From contig NW_025963835.1 in the NCBI RefSeq assembly GCF_023055435.1, forward strand, positions 29,512,001 to 29,576,000: 64,000 bases of DNA, read 5' to 3'. The notes below the pieces were generated by a model. The model was not told the origin of the DNA and did not search any database. It saw nothing but the letters and a program-made list of their open reading frames with translations. This DNA is from Haliotis rufescens. Lineage: Eukaryota. Of this stretch, positions 24,897-37,448 are shown piece after piece (position 1 is the first letter of the stretch; the number at the start of each line of letters is the position of its first letter). Position numbers and translations under genes: made by a program.

Positions 24897-25715
24897 TGAT
24901 GTGAATGTAGGGCAATTCTATCAACTCGCATGTAAGGCTCTGACATCAGTAATCGACTATCTTTTACAACTATCAAGATACAGAGCCTGTTGGTTGATTC
25001 GTGGCCCGTATGCGTTGACCTTCTCATGAATATTTGGAATTTCCTGCTATTGATTTCACGGAAGTTAGATTACATTTTAAGTGTCAAGAAAGCAAACGAT
25101 ATTTTACAGTCCAGCTGCTTTCATCCAAACCTGCATCATGGAAGTCTACAGTCTTGCTGTGTTTTGCTGATTACCTTTTAAATATCAAAAGTATTCGCAT
25201 GGATTTCATGTCTCATTTCAGCCTTCGGTCGTAATTCTGTTCAAATTAGCGACGCATTATTTTAATGATTTGCCGTATTTAGATTTTTTGTTTTTTTATT
25301 TTGTATTTACCGTGAATTGTCAAACTCATGTCCGATTGTTAAGTTTCCATCCCCACACATACTACCGAAAGCTTACTATCACCGTATAGCATCTTATCAT
25401 TTTACAAGAAGTATATCTAGATTATTATTTAAAATCGATAAATATTGATTTATATTTGTCTCAGTTTGACGCCATTGACTGATCGATTAGTCTGTTGCTC
25501 GATAACAACTCGGCTCTTTAGTTTCTGTAGCACTTCTAAGGACTTGGACAAAGTGGATGTTCAAACTAGATAATAATAATGATAATAATGATATTGACAA
25601 TGGTATTGTCCCTTGGGATTGAGCACTCTCGGACACATGCACACTTCCAAATAATTCACAACTATTCAGTAGTGTCGGAGACAAGTTAGTATAATGACTT
25701 GTCTTCTATGTGGGT

Positions 25716-26097
25716 TTTAATGGGGATGTTTTATGACCTAGCTTCCAACCCTGATTCCTGGACAAAGGGTTACAGTCAGCCAGGGGTTATTGGCGAAGAA
25801 TGATTTTTTTAAACTCACATTGTCACGTTATGGTACACCTATGCTAAAGTACGAGTATGAGTAAAGGCCGGTGGGGGAGCCACGTGGTTAAAGCGTTTGA
25901 AGATTCGGGTTCGACTCCCCATGAAGCCCATTTCTATTGTCGCAGGTCTCGCTCCGTCCCTCTCTCCCTCACTCACTCACTGCAGCAACATTTCTTTCTG
26001 AACACGCACGCACGCACGCACGCACGCACGCACTCACTCACTCACTCACTCACTCACTCACCCACTCGCACTCACTCACTCACTCACTCACTCACTC
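25716..26097 (+). repeat. Copy 2 of the duplication, followed by a (GCAC)n(ACTC)n microsatellite
   Basis: As for copy 1. Confidence 0.85.
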
Positions 26098-27933
26098 CGC
26101 CCAGTTGTGATAAACCCAAACAGGGTTAAAATTTTATTGGCTCACTACCAACACATAGGCGAATATTGGCTCAGGCAGCGGCATGAGTTTTCGAGGATAT
26201 TACTGAGTTTAAGACCGGTGGTGAGAGGTCTCTGTTTGCTCTGTCTGCGTTCGTGTGCTAAGTCACCGAAGACTGCCAACAGGTTGCAGTATAAATGCAT
26301 CACAACGGCATTCACACGTGAGCTGTCGAGAACAGCGTCAGTATGAACAATGGCGGCGAAAGTCCTTCCTGTCTAATGGAACTATCCGAGAAACACGGCA
26401 GGACGCCATCACGCGTCACCGTCCACCTGCCTCCCAGTTCACCATAGCAATAACTCACTTCAAACTTGCTGAAACTACACCTATATCACAAGAAGAGCGT
26501 CGTTGCTGTTGTCGAGTACAGCGGTCGTTCACAGCCCCTCTGCGTTGTCATGGCGCTGTAGCGAGATAGACAGGGCACATATACAACATGGTGAAAGAAA
26601 ATTGAAATTGAAATGTAAAACGCAGCGGGATGTCGACCACTGGGTGTAGAAAGTCGTGTAAAAATATAAATGCGCTGTGTCGGAACAGGGCTGTGTGTCA
26701 TTGCTAGTGTTGGCCGTTGAAGGTGTCATTATTTACACATCGAATATGGAAGAGAGTCCGTAATCAAATACACAGTAAACCTATATTTTAATTGAAATGG
26801 GAATTGTTGAAGGAAACATCAATGGCAAAAACCTCAGAGATCAGGAACCTGTTTCAAAGGCTGAGTTTAAATTACAACATTTCTTTAAGCGTTAACGAAA
26901 ACATCTATGCGTCATGTAATACTATATCCGTCGGCGTTCCTCGATGTCAGGCTCCGTTCAGAGTGTTTGTATGTGTTTGTGTGGTGTCGCTGTGGGATCT
27001 GCATGGAGAGGCGACGGAGCATGCCGTTTCTGATGAACCCCACAACGTTCTTCATGGCTGCATATCGGACAGACGCAAGCATGCACGGACGCACANNNNN
27101 NNNNNNNNNNNNNNNNNNNNNNNNNNNNNNNNNNNNNNNNNNNNNNNNNNNNNNNNNNNNNNNNNNNNNNNNNNNNNNNNNNNNNNNNNNNNNNNNNNNN
27201 NNNNNNNNNNNNNNNNNNNNNNNNNNNAAAATGCGCGAGAGATACGTTAACACGCTCTTGTCCCACTATGTATAAAGTCTAACAAGCTACCGGAAATTTC
27301 TATGCAGTGCCCACACCAGTCTAACAGTACAAGAACATTCAAGAAGTTTCCATATCATACTATCGCCATCCGCGGTGTACCGGACACACCACACAGGCAC
27401 CTAAATATAATAACTCCCTGATGACTGATCACTGTCCAAAAACAAAGCAATGAGCGTCTTCCGAATCTCAACAGAAACAATGTTATTCAGTTACAAATCA
27501 TTGTTCAACAAAAGAATACACTGCCATATAACAACATTTATTCGGTTGTGAAAGCCGAAATGACGCGAAGTATAATACTGTTTTGATCCTGATCCGTATA
27601 CTTTCTTCTGAGGCTGACGACCACGTCTTTGTGATGAACGAGGGAATACTTTGATTGTGTTTACAGTATACACAAACATTCAACATCAAAGACCTCGTGA
27701 AATGGATTATTTCAAATTGATGGCATGGAGCTTTTATGTTTAACGTCTTCTTTATTGTTTCCAACGTCATTTCAGGGCAACAAAGGGGCAAGAAGCAGCA
27801 CGGAGACGTCGTTAGAAAGAATAAAGAAGTTGTTATTCACAAAAGTTTTGTGTCATCATGTTCCAGCAACTTCAAAGATGTTATTTTGAAATTGCTCTGA
27901 ATGTGAAGTTTGTAACTTTTAAGCGGTTTGGTC

Positions 27934-28002
<69 letters not shown>

Positions 28003-28005
28003 AAT
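27934..28005. repeat. (AAT)n/(GATAAT)n microsatellite
   Basis: Directly visible. Confidence 0.95.
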
Positions 28006-28088
28006 TAAATCCTACAGTACATCTGTCCGCATATCGTAGCATCTCAATTAAGTCCTACAGTATATATGACCTCATATCGTTCGTAGCA

Positions 28089-28374
28089 GGGGGGCACGGT
28101 TGGCCCAGTTGTCTAAGGCGCCGCGATTCGCTATGCAGAGTTGCGTCCCTTGGGCACGCCAGAAACCTATGATTGTGGGTTCGAATCCCAGTTCGCCTCG
28201 ATTATGTTTCTAGGTTTGTCAGCACCATACCCGTGCTCGTGGGTTTCACCGAAGTGGTAAACGTCTGAGACCTGCATCACTTCGGGCTTTCCTCTCACAT
28301 TAAGCTGACACGCCGCGATATAACTGTAATACTGTTAAAAGCGGCGTTAAACCCAACTCACTCACTCACTCATA
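28089..28374 (+). mobile_element. SINE family A, full length
   Basis: GGGGGGCACGGTTGGCCCAG...GGTTCGAATCCC...(ACTC)n; TSD TCGTAGCA; inserted in a short local tandem repeat. Confidence 0.92.
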
Positions 28375-29276
28375 TCGTAGCATCTCAATTAAGTCCTACA
28401 GTACATCTGTCAGCGAGTCAGTGAGTCAATCAAGTGCTGCAGTATATGTCACATCTGTACTATTGGTGGGAAGACGTTTGTTCCAAGACGTTTAACCACA
28501 CATGAAACCACACTAAAGCATCTACTACCAACATCAGCGGGGTCGTTAAGCGTTTTACATACACGTGTAAGTGTCCAGGCAAGCAGTAATCTTTGACACC
28601 GGCTTAGCTACTGTATGAATAAGTAGTTCCGCTCAAAGGAATGTATTTCTTTGATGAGAATCAGTTACAGCCGAGTTGTATTGATTGCCCCTCGACAGTG
28701 ACCATCAGCGGTCGGAGAGAGATCCTTTCAGTGGACAGTGGAACCGCGTGCTGCTTCAGTGATGCTGTGTATTAACTTCAATTGAAAAGTACTCACGGCA
28801 TTTACGAGAGGAGGTTCAAGCACTTGATGCAGAATCTCTAGAGACAATAATGATATTTGCTGTAGAAGGCAAACTTATGATAGTCTTGTAGACTCGCTCA
28901 GGTTCAAGCGAGACCCGGATATTATCGAGGGTGGGTTTACTTGGTACCTCACGGTTACAGTGTTCGATCGCACGATAAGCGCAGGGCCAGTTTGTTGAGA
29001 GATTGCAGTTTTATGATGTTTGGTTGTACCAAGCGGTGTCCGGGTTGTGTAATTAAAGCGATAGGGATGAGGATGGGGATGTTAACGGACAATGTACTGC
29101 GATACTATCAGGGAGCATCCTCCAGTGCTTCATCAGGCCACGTCTTGGTAGAGAACATTAGCGCATCGTTTTGCAGGCGCTGGGGCGATCAGGGAACCAT
29201 GGTAGTTAGGGAGAAAGTCTATGATTGTAAGACAGGATTAGATATTTAACCGTGTCATATATGTACATCCATCAGC

Positions 29277-29477
29277 CGCCCGTAGAGATTCTGGGTTAGA
29301 ACAGGTCCTCAGAAACCTATGCTGATCGTAAAAGGCGACCAAATTGATCGGGGATCAGGCTCGGTGACTTGAATGATTTTTTTCGACATATCAGTCACTG
29401 GATTGCCTGGTCCAGACTCGATTATTTACAGGTTGCCGTTTATAGCTGGAATTGTGCTTGGTGTGGCGTTAAACAAA
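29277..29477 (+). mobile_element. Family B copy, internally deleted
   Basis: CCCGTAGAGATTCTGGGTTAGAAC...TGGTCCAGACTCGATTATTTACAG...GGCGTTAAAC. Confidence 0.75.
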
Positions 29478-29557
29478 GGCATAAGTTTTGCTCGATGTCT
29501 AGTATGTATTATTCACCTACATGAATTCGTTTGTAACAATGTGTCTGTATGTTTCAG

Positions 29558-29683
29558 TGATGTGAAGCTTACATGTGCAACGTCTCATGGAACAGCGTCA
29601 TCGTTTACGACAGCGCACGCAAACGTATTCAACACCATCCCAAGTGATGACATCAGGGAGATCGTCCAGCCAGTGACGTCAAA
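29558..29683 (+). CDS. Probable upstream coding exon of the K2P gene (DVKLTCATSHGTASSFTTAHANVFNTIPSDDIREIVQPVTS)
   Basis: Acceptor TGTTTCAG|, donor AA|GTGAAT, 126 bp, stop-free, phase 2-2. It joins in frame to the phase-2 acceptor at 30101 (AA+C = Asn). No homology evidence. Confidence 0.5.
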
Positions 29684-30101
29684 GTGAATGTTCCAAAATC
29701 GAAGTCAAAGTGAGCATCCCAGATACGGAAGGGGAATTTATAACTTTAAAACATTAGCAAATTGGCGTTAACTTATGAAAGCTCGTGGGTTGCTGGTTCC
29801 GAAAAGTTTACACAGTGCCAAAGGAACTAAATAATTGATATTGCGTTGCGTGCCATTCACTCGTGTGGTTTATTGTGAGCTGGATAAGTATTCCCTACCC
29901 GAGGATGTTAGGGGCTTTATTGACCCCTGTGTAGCTGGGATGATCCTGCAGATATGCAATGTCGGGAATAACAAAGCCTTGTTTTACCTTGGATGGGATA
30001 CATATTAATGGGATTCATGTGAAAATCTCACACGGTGCGTGTATGTTCTATTTTTGGTGAGAGTGTGTATTTCGGAGATTTTTCAAAATTGAGAATCACA
30101 G

Positions 30102-30784
30102 CGAAAACGAAACACCGGTCGTAGAGCAACCCGGCGCTCTGCGACAACAATTGGTGGCTTCCAATGCCGGGACCGTCAATAGACCCATACGAAAACCCCG
30201 TAAAAGGGACAAGAAGAAAAAGAAGAAAAAGTGTTGTAATGGCTGCTGCAGCTGCTGTTGCTGTTGCAAAACTGGAGACAAAGTTGCGGGTACGGAATCG
30301 GAACCGGAAACGGAACCGGATTCTGGAACCGAAAAAAGCACAGGGTGTTGTTCGTGCTGTCCATCAAAGAAATCCAGAAAGACAAGGCAACCGTCTGACA
30401 AGAAGTCGTGTGTAGTGTGTTGTAAACGTTTCACGACTTTCGTATTTTCACATATAGGCTTGTGTTCGTTAGTAGTGGCTTATTCAGTGTTGGGTGGATT
30501 CATCTTCATGAAGTTGGAGGCTCCGTCGGAAGTAGTGGAGAGAAACAACATGGCGGCTAACCGCAAGCAGCAGGTGCTTGCGCTGTGGAACCTGACTGTA
30601 GATCTCAATGTGTTGTATGAGGGTAACTGGACTCAACTGGCCGATGATGTGTTGAAGGCTTTCCAGAAACAGGTGTACACAGCGACCAAGGAGAAGGGAT
30701 GGGACGGCAAGGATGGGGAAGGGGAACTACAGTGGTCGTTTGCGGGGGCTCTTCTTTACTCGGTGACGGTCATCACAACAATTG
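30102..30784 (+). CDS. Two-pore-domain potassium channel (K2P, TWIK/TRESK(KCNK18)-like): exon encoding the Cys-rich N-terminus, M1, cap and pore helix 1
   Basis: Open frame with M1 (FSHIGLCSLVVAYSVLGGFIFMKLE), a cap with NLT/NWT sequons and pore helix QWSFAGALLYSVTVITTIG. It ends at a canonical donor ATTG|GTGAGT (30784/30785, phase 1). The 5' boundary is inferred from CACAG| at 30101; there is an in-frame stop at 30058 and no ATG before M1. Confidence 0.93.
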
Positions 30785-30993
30785 GTGAGTCGCAACATTG
30801 TGCAAAATACCCAGACAACGATGNNNNNNNNNNNNNNNNNNNNNNNNNNNNNNNNNNNNNNNNNNNNNNNNNNNNNNNNNNNNNNNNNNNNNNNNNNNNN
30901 NNNNNNNNNNNNNNNNNNNNNNNNNNNNNNNNNNNNNNNNNNNNNNNNNNNNNNNNNNNNNNNNNNNNNNNNNNNNNNNNNNNNNNNNNNNNN

Positions 30994-31056
30994 TAACAAC
31001 AGTCCAGCCATATGACGGCGGTCTGTAAATAATCGAATCTGGACTAGACAATCCGA
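30994..31056 (-). mobile_element. Family B fragment beside an assembly gap
   Basis: CCAGCCATATGACGGCGGTCTGTAAATAATCGAATCTGGACTAGACAATCC. Confidence 0.65.
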
Positions 31057-31229
31057 AGTGAGCCTCAGTAAGATGGGAGGTTAAGAAAATCTAGACTTGC
31101 TTCATTTAGATACGGACAACTAACCTGATACTGGTTTGCCTCAAAGGAATACTTGAATCATTTGCATTCTCCTTAACGAGAGTTGATACGTTCATCAAGG
31201 GGGTTTAATATGTAGTTTCATATACAGAA

Positions 31230-31510
31230 TCGAAATGGGTCCAAATGTAGAGGGGTCAAGTCGAAAAGCGTCAAAATGAAGAAAGGGTCAAGTCGTAAGG
31301 GGTCAACATGTAGAGGGGTCAGTATCGAAAGAGGTCAAATGTAGAGGGCTTACTATTATTGCCAATGTCAGAACGAAGAGGGTTCAGTATCTAGAGGGAC
31401 ATTATGTAGAAGGGTCAAATTTTAGGGGGTCCGTAATTTTAGGGGTAACAATATGGAGGGGTCAGTGTGTAGAGAGATCAGTATGTACAGGGTCCGAATT
31501 AGAGAGGTAA
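31230..31510. repeat. Degenerate short-period AGGGGTCAA(ATGT) repeat
   Basis: About 12 AGGGGTC-like motifs. Confidence 0.65.
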
Positions 31511-32749
31511 GAATGCAGAGTTTATGTTTACAACAATGAAACATGGCCACCTGTAGGTGTTGCTAGCCTGCACCCCGGGATAGCTGTTACCATGGCAAAG
31601 TAGGTACTTGAGACTTTCCACACAAGCAGCCACCGGGTTTGAGTTTCCTGATATATACGAGGAAATCCATCCCTGTATACCACCTTCATGTCCTTCAGCT
31701 ATGTCCCGACACCAGGGCGCCATATTGGCTTGTGTACAAACGAATCGCCCTGTGAAGGGGGTGTGAAGAAATAACTGTAAATAGCTTAAGGACATAATTC
31801 CATGTGCTACATTTACAAGCACAGACCTACGCGAATAGTTCAAAGCAAGTTTCACATTTTTGTTACCACAATTGCAGTGTAAATTATTTCCCGAAGCCGC
31901 ACCTTACCCATATTTACGAGTCTTCCAAAAATATCCCCTTTATCAGAGAAGAAAACCAACATGGAAATAATGCTTAATCAATATGTTTGCGTCTGAAATA
32001 TAACATTGTAACTATAGAGGTGTACAATGTGCAATGTTCCTGAACGACGTGATTCTCATTTAATGACAGTATTACATGTGCAGCGCCGCTATACTCCGAC
32101 CGCTATTGTTCTCAGAACGGAAGTAATGGATAGTGGAATCGTAGCGTTTTCCTATCAACTAGTTACACTGACGAAAAACTTCAAGTGGGCCGTATGGAAA
32201 CATAGCGTTAACACCATCACTCTTGCAGGGGTGTTCTTATCAATTCTATACGGCTTTAAGCATATAGATATTCCATTCCAATGGCATTTTATGAAGAGCT
32301 GTAAAGCGTTTGTGAAGGAGTAAACGTGTTTTATGGCGTCTGTAAATTGATTCTGGTCTGGTATCGTCAGAAGAAAAAGTTCCCTGGATATGTATGAGAC
32401 GTTACCGATATAAAGATGTATGTGTCATGATTAGTGCCAGTATTTATTGGCTATTAACCAGTAGCAATTGTCGTTAGTAATGCAAAAACCTCGCCAGAGC
32501 TTTGTCGGCAAGTTCCGATGTATTCCAGCAACCTATCAAAGGGACAAAAAAACACGAGTCAAGTACACATATTATGGTGGTCGTTAGATAGCGCATCAGT
32601 ACAACGTCTTGCAGAGTGGAGTTGCTATTGATCTCTTACTATAGGGATTGGGAGCCAGTCCCTCGCACTGATTGCGTATGTTTTCATCTTTTTCTGATGA
32701 CCTGGTTCTTAATGCCGCCATTGAGAGGTACTTATTGCGCCTAACAGAC

Positions 32750-33740
32750 TGGTGCATGTCGTAATCAGGATTAGTTGCCTGGATGGTGGTGTCGTAATCA
32801 AGAGCATTTCCTTGATCGTACTTGTTGTAATTTCTGGTACATGTCGTGAACAGGACGAGTGGCCAAGATGGTAATGTCGTTATCAAGACCAGTTGCCTTG
32901 ATGGTACATGCCGTAATTACCGGTACAGTGGGCAGGCCTAGGTTCCTTGATGGTACATGTCGTAAATACTGGTACAATGAGCAGGACCAGTTGCATTGAT
33001 GGTACATGTCGTAATTACTGGTACAATGAGCAGGACCAGTTGCATTGATGGTACATGTCGTAATTACTGGTACAATGAGCAGCACCAGTTTCCTTGATTG
33101 CACATGTCGTAATTACTGGTACAATGAGCAGGACCAGTTGCCTTGTTGGTACATGTCGTAATAACTGGTACAATGAGCAGCACCAGTTTCCTTGATGGTA
33201 CATGTCGTAATAACTGGTACAATGAGCATGACCAATTGCATTGATGGTACATGTCGTAATTACTGGTACAATGAGCATGACCAGTTGCATTGATGGTACA
33301 TGTCGTAATTACTGGTACAAAGAGCAGGACCAGTTTCCTTGATGGTACATGTCGTAATTACTGGTACAAAGAGCAGGACCAGTCTCCTTGATGGTACATG
33401 TCGTAATTACTGGTACAAAGAGCAGGACCAGATCCTTGATGGTACATGTCGTAATTACTGGTACAAAGAGCAGGACCAGATCCTTGATGGTACATGTCGT
33501 AATTACTGGTACAAAGAGCAGCACTAGTTTCCTTGATTGTACATGTCGTAATTACTGGTACATGAGAAAGACCGGTTGGCCTTACCGGTACATGTCGCTT
33601 CAAGTGTCGCACACATGACCGGTTGTCTTGATGGCAGACGTCGTATTTGCAGGCATATATCTGAAGCAGGACTAGCTGCCTCGGTGGTACAAGTCGTTAT
33701 CGCCGGTACATGTTAGGTTGTCTGGATGGTAGAGGTCGTA
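32750..33740. repeat. Minisatellite, 49-50-bp unit GATGGTACATGTCGTAATTACTGGTACAATGAGCAGGACCAGTTGCATT
   Basis: Core 32950-33560 with degenerate edges. Confidence 0.95.
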
Positions 33741-33816
33741 AACAGGAGTTGTACGAGTGGTTATTGCTGGTCGTTACTCATGCTGGTTGCCTTGCAGATT
33801 TAGTTAGGTCAATAGA

Positions 33817-33971
33817 GTGAGTGAGTGAGTGTGGTTTTACGCCACTTTTAGCAATATCACGGCGGGGGATACCAGAAATGGGCTTCACACATTGTACCCG
33901 TCGGGAATCGAACCGGGTCTTCGATGTGACGAGCGAACGCTTTAACCACTAGGCTACCCGACCGCCCCTAT
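33817..33971 (-). mobile_element. SINE family C, full length
   Basis: TSD GTCAATAGA (33808-33816 / 33972-33980). Confidence 0.9.
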
Positions 33972-34940
33972 GTCAATAGAAAATGTTATGTTAGTATAAA
34001 TGAATGACGGATATTGTGTTTTTTCAATGTGAAGTTTACACGATATACGATTTTGCACTGGACGAGCGGCCGGTCACATGGTCGCGAAAATGACGTTCAT
34101 AAGGATATGAACGCCACAGTTGGACGTTCATACGTTTTTCAAGACACTGTGTTCTTGAAATGACGTAAACACTGACGGACTATTTCCACTTTTCTGGGGA
34201 AATCCCTTGGAATTCCCTTGCACGAATACATACAGAAGCGTTGTTTCTGATCATTTGGACCATTTAATCTTGAACTCAACGTTTTAGTATACATTGAGAA
34301 AAGTCAGAGTGTTTCAATGCATGATCGTTAACATATTTCCTCGCTGCGACCCATCCAAGTGAACGAACCGAAGAAATACACATCCAAACTACCGTAGCAT
34401 CGACTCGATCCGTGTCCAGGCTGACAGATACTGTCTACAGCAATCTATGAATTTACAACAGACCTTTCTCATCTAATGATGATATTGTTTGAATGTATTT
34501 GTTGCAAACAAACTACAAAAGATGTCTCGGTAGAACAATGTTAACAAAAATACGCCCATGTCACCTCTGCTTTTGAGGAACTACTTTATTCCACGATACA
34601 GATGGCTGTTGTATGGCTGTCAGTGTTAACCGGAAGTCACACGTAGACTAAATAAAACTGTTTTTAGAACTATATAATTCGTGGTAAATTGCTTGATATA
34701 CGTTCATACAGTTTGACCCTTACTCTATGAAGTATCATACTTCAAGGAACTCACACAACGTGAAAATCTAGTCTGTACGTGTGTCGATCCCATGATGCTC
34801 TTGTGTCAGTCACGTGTTGTACTTACTAGTTTGTCAGTCACAGGATGTGCGTGTGTCAGTAATATGCCGACCTTAAAGATTATTATTATTGCGATGTTCA
34901 ATGCGTTCAGTGTATCCCTCTGTTCATCCCTCTGTCCATG

Positions 34941-35178
34941 GACACGTGTAGTTCCGGGGTAGAATAGGTCTTCATCAACCCATGCTTGTCGGGAAAGACG
35001 ACTAACGGGATTGGGTGGTCAGGCTTGCTGACTTGGTTGATGCATGTCATTGTATCCCAGTTGCGTGGATCATGCTCATGATTTCAATCACTGAATTGTC
35101 TGGACCAGACTCGATTATTTACAGACCGCCGACCTATAGCTCGAATTTTGCTGAGTGCGACGTAAAGCAACAAACGAA
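34941..35178 (+). mobile_element. Family B copy
   Basis: TTCCGGGGTAGAATAGGTCTTCA...GACTAACGGGATTGGGTGGTCAGG...GCTGAGTGCGACGTAAA. Confidence 0.85.
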
Positions 35179-36074
35179 CATTCATATGTCAAACAAACTC
35201 TGTCCATACGTTTAAGCCCTGGAACTCTCACCCTATTCGATGTGCACAATCCTGCAGCATTCACTGGTAAATTGGTGAAATGGTCAACTGGTCAAGCAGT
35301 ACGTCCACCACAGTCAAACACACGCCGTGTTACACACTGTCGGGCGAAGATGAGCGACCAATTACGAACGTTTCTTTCCGTTTTAAAAAAAATCCAGCTT
35401 TTATTCATCCTGCAAAATTAGGGTAGCCACGCTATGTGTCACGTGATTGTGGCAACCCTTTGATGTTAAGGCTTAAAAAGACATCAAACCATTTTTGCGT
35501 TATATAACTACCCACCGTATAATCAACGAATAGCTTGTGCTTAGACCAGTCTAAATCATATGTCATGGGGTGTTATATGTGGAAAAGCAAGCGGAAGTGA
35601 TTGAGGCTTTATAAAAGAAACATGAAGTAATTCCTACTGCAAAAACACCATCAAATAACCGTATGTTTTAGCTGTTGACTGACTGCCGCAGGACGATACC
35701 ATCAACGCCTAACCCCGATGGTATCATGGTTCTACGCGATCGCGAGGCCGATGCTCAGATAGTGGTTGTCGCTAGGTGTTGTGACTGGCTGTTGCGCCGG
35801 CTCCTGTGTTTATGGGACTTGGACATGCACGTCCGTCCTGCCTCATGTCGGGCGCAGCATGGTTTATTTAGAGGCACTTGCGAAGATTAATTTGCCCTTT
35901 TCCCCCGTAATCATTTGTAACCGATATCAAACATTACTCCCCGGAAGTGAACTACGCTTAATGCGGTGTTCGACAGTCAGCCCTGTCCAGTGCTTTTGTT
36001 TAGTGCAATTAATCTTGCAAATCCTTGAGGCAGGTTTCATCAGTTACTTTCTTCCAGGCCTGGGGGTGGTGAGA

Positions 36075-36640
36075 ATAGTCAATCCTTTCTTGCCAATGAA
36101 GCAGTGGCAACAGTTAACCCTGTCAAAGCTCCGAGATGGTAACAACAGTTAACCCTGTCTAACCTCCGATATGGTGACAACAGTCAAACATGTCAAGTCC
36201 TCGAGGAGGTATTTGTCAATCCTGGCCAACTTTTGAGGCAGTGGCAACGGTTAATCATGTCCATTCCTCGAGAAGGCGGTAATTGTCAATCTTGTCCAAC
36301 GTTTAAGGCATTGGAAATAGCCAATCATTTCTTGCCACTGTGGCAGTGGCAACAGTCAATCACGCCCAGTCATCGAGGAGGCGGTAATTGTCAATCCTGC
36401 CCAACCTGGAAGCACTAGCAATAGCCAATCCTGCCCAACCTGGAAGCACTAACAAAAGCCAATCCTTTTTTACATTGAGAAAAGGGCAACAGTCAATCCG
36501 TCCCAACCCTTGAGAAATTGGCAATAGCTAATCCTTACTTTCCATTGAGGCAGCGGCATCAGTCAATCATGTCCAGTTCTCCCAGCCAATCCTACCAATC
36601 CATCAAGGTGGCCAAGGTCAATCATCGAGGCGGCGGAAGG
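36075..36640. repeat. Old degenerate minisatellite (GGCAGTGGCAACAGTCAATCCTG motif)
   Basis: Recurrent GGCAA(C/T)AG(T/C)CAATC. Confidence 0.7.
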
Positions 36641-37193
36641 CCAAATGGTGCCTGTGTAGTTCTGTTCCGAGTTAAAATGACTAAAAACATCCTGAACATT
36701 ATTTTTACATTTCCAAGCTGTCGTCATCATAAAACGTCCGTGTGCAGTGTCCCTGTGATCGCCGGCGTTATGACCAGCGTGTTCATCAACAAGAAATATT
36801 TCTCCATTCATCTGTCATATTGTTTGTAGGGTCACGCTATGTCAATTCCGGAATCACATCGGCTTCCTTGTTACCTTAAGGCCAGGATGGTGGTTTAGTA
36901 GCAGATTTTATCACAAACGATTTTTGATCTTTGATCTCACAATGTTTGCATTGGTCTACCTCTGAAACATCCGTGATAACTGCCCTAGAGGATATCTTGC
37001 ATCAGTAGGATGGTAATAACATCAGCATGTTATGATGCTATAAAGCTCATTTAGTATGACAATTCTGCCGTCAGTAAATCTCGTTAATATAATGTTCCCG
37101 AGAAGCGATCAGATCACCCAGCAATATTGTTGTGCCATGTTACCCAGGGTCGCTAATGAATGAACCATGTATGGTATTACAGGACGTTTAACT

Positions 37194-37448
37194 GTGAGTG
37201 AGTGAGTGAGTGAGTGAGTGAGTGAGGTTTACTGCCACATTGAACAGTATTCCAGTAACATCACAGTGTGACAGCCCGAAGTGATGCGGGTCTTAAATGT
37301 TTCCCACTTTGGTGAAACCCACCAGCAGGGGTATGGCGCTGACAAACCTAGAAGGTAGAAACATGGTCAGAATGAACCATGGAGCCTCGAGCCAGGCCTG
37401 CGGGCATGACGGGTGAACCCTTTAACCACCAGGGAACCCCACCGCCCC
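37194..37448 (-). mobile_element. Chimeric SINE: family-C tRNA head plus family-A body and tail
   Basis: The reverse complement starts GGGGCGGTGGGGTTCCCTGGTGGTTAAAGGGTTCACCCGTCATGCC (C-like). It continues CTAGGTTTGTCAGCGCCATACCCC...GCATCACTTCGGGC (A body). Confidence 0.8.

Noticed and set aside
28740-28935. Possible first coding exon ending at GAGG|GTGGGT
   Set aside because: ATG-initiated frames hit stops before the donor, and the remaining frame gives the wrong phase for the downstream exon.
30785-30996. Continuation of ORF 30151-30996 beyond TTIG
   Set aside because: Read-through past the GTGAGT donor into intron and N gap. Likewise 44257-44293 is intronic.
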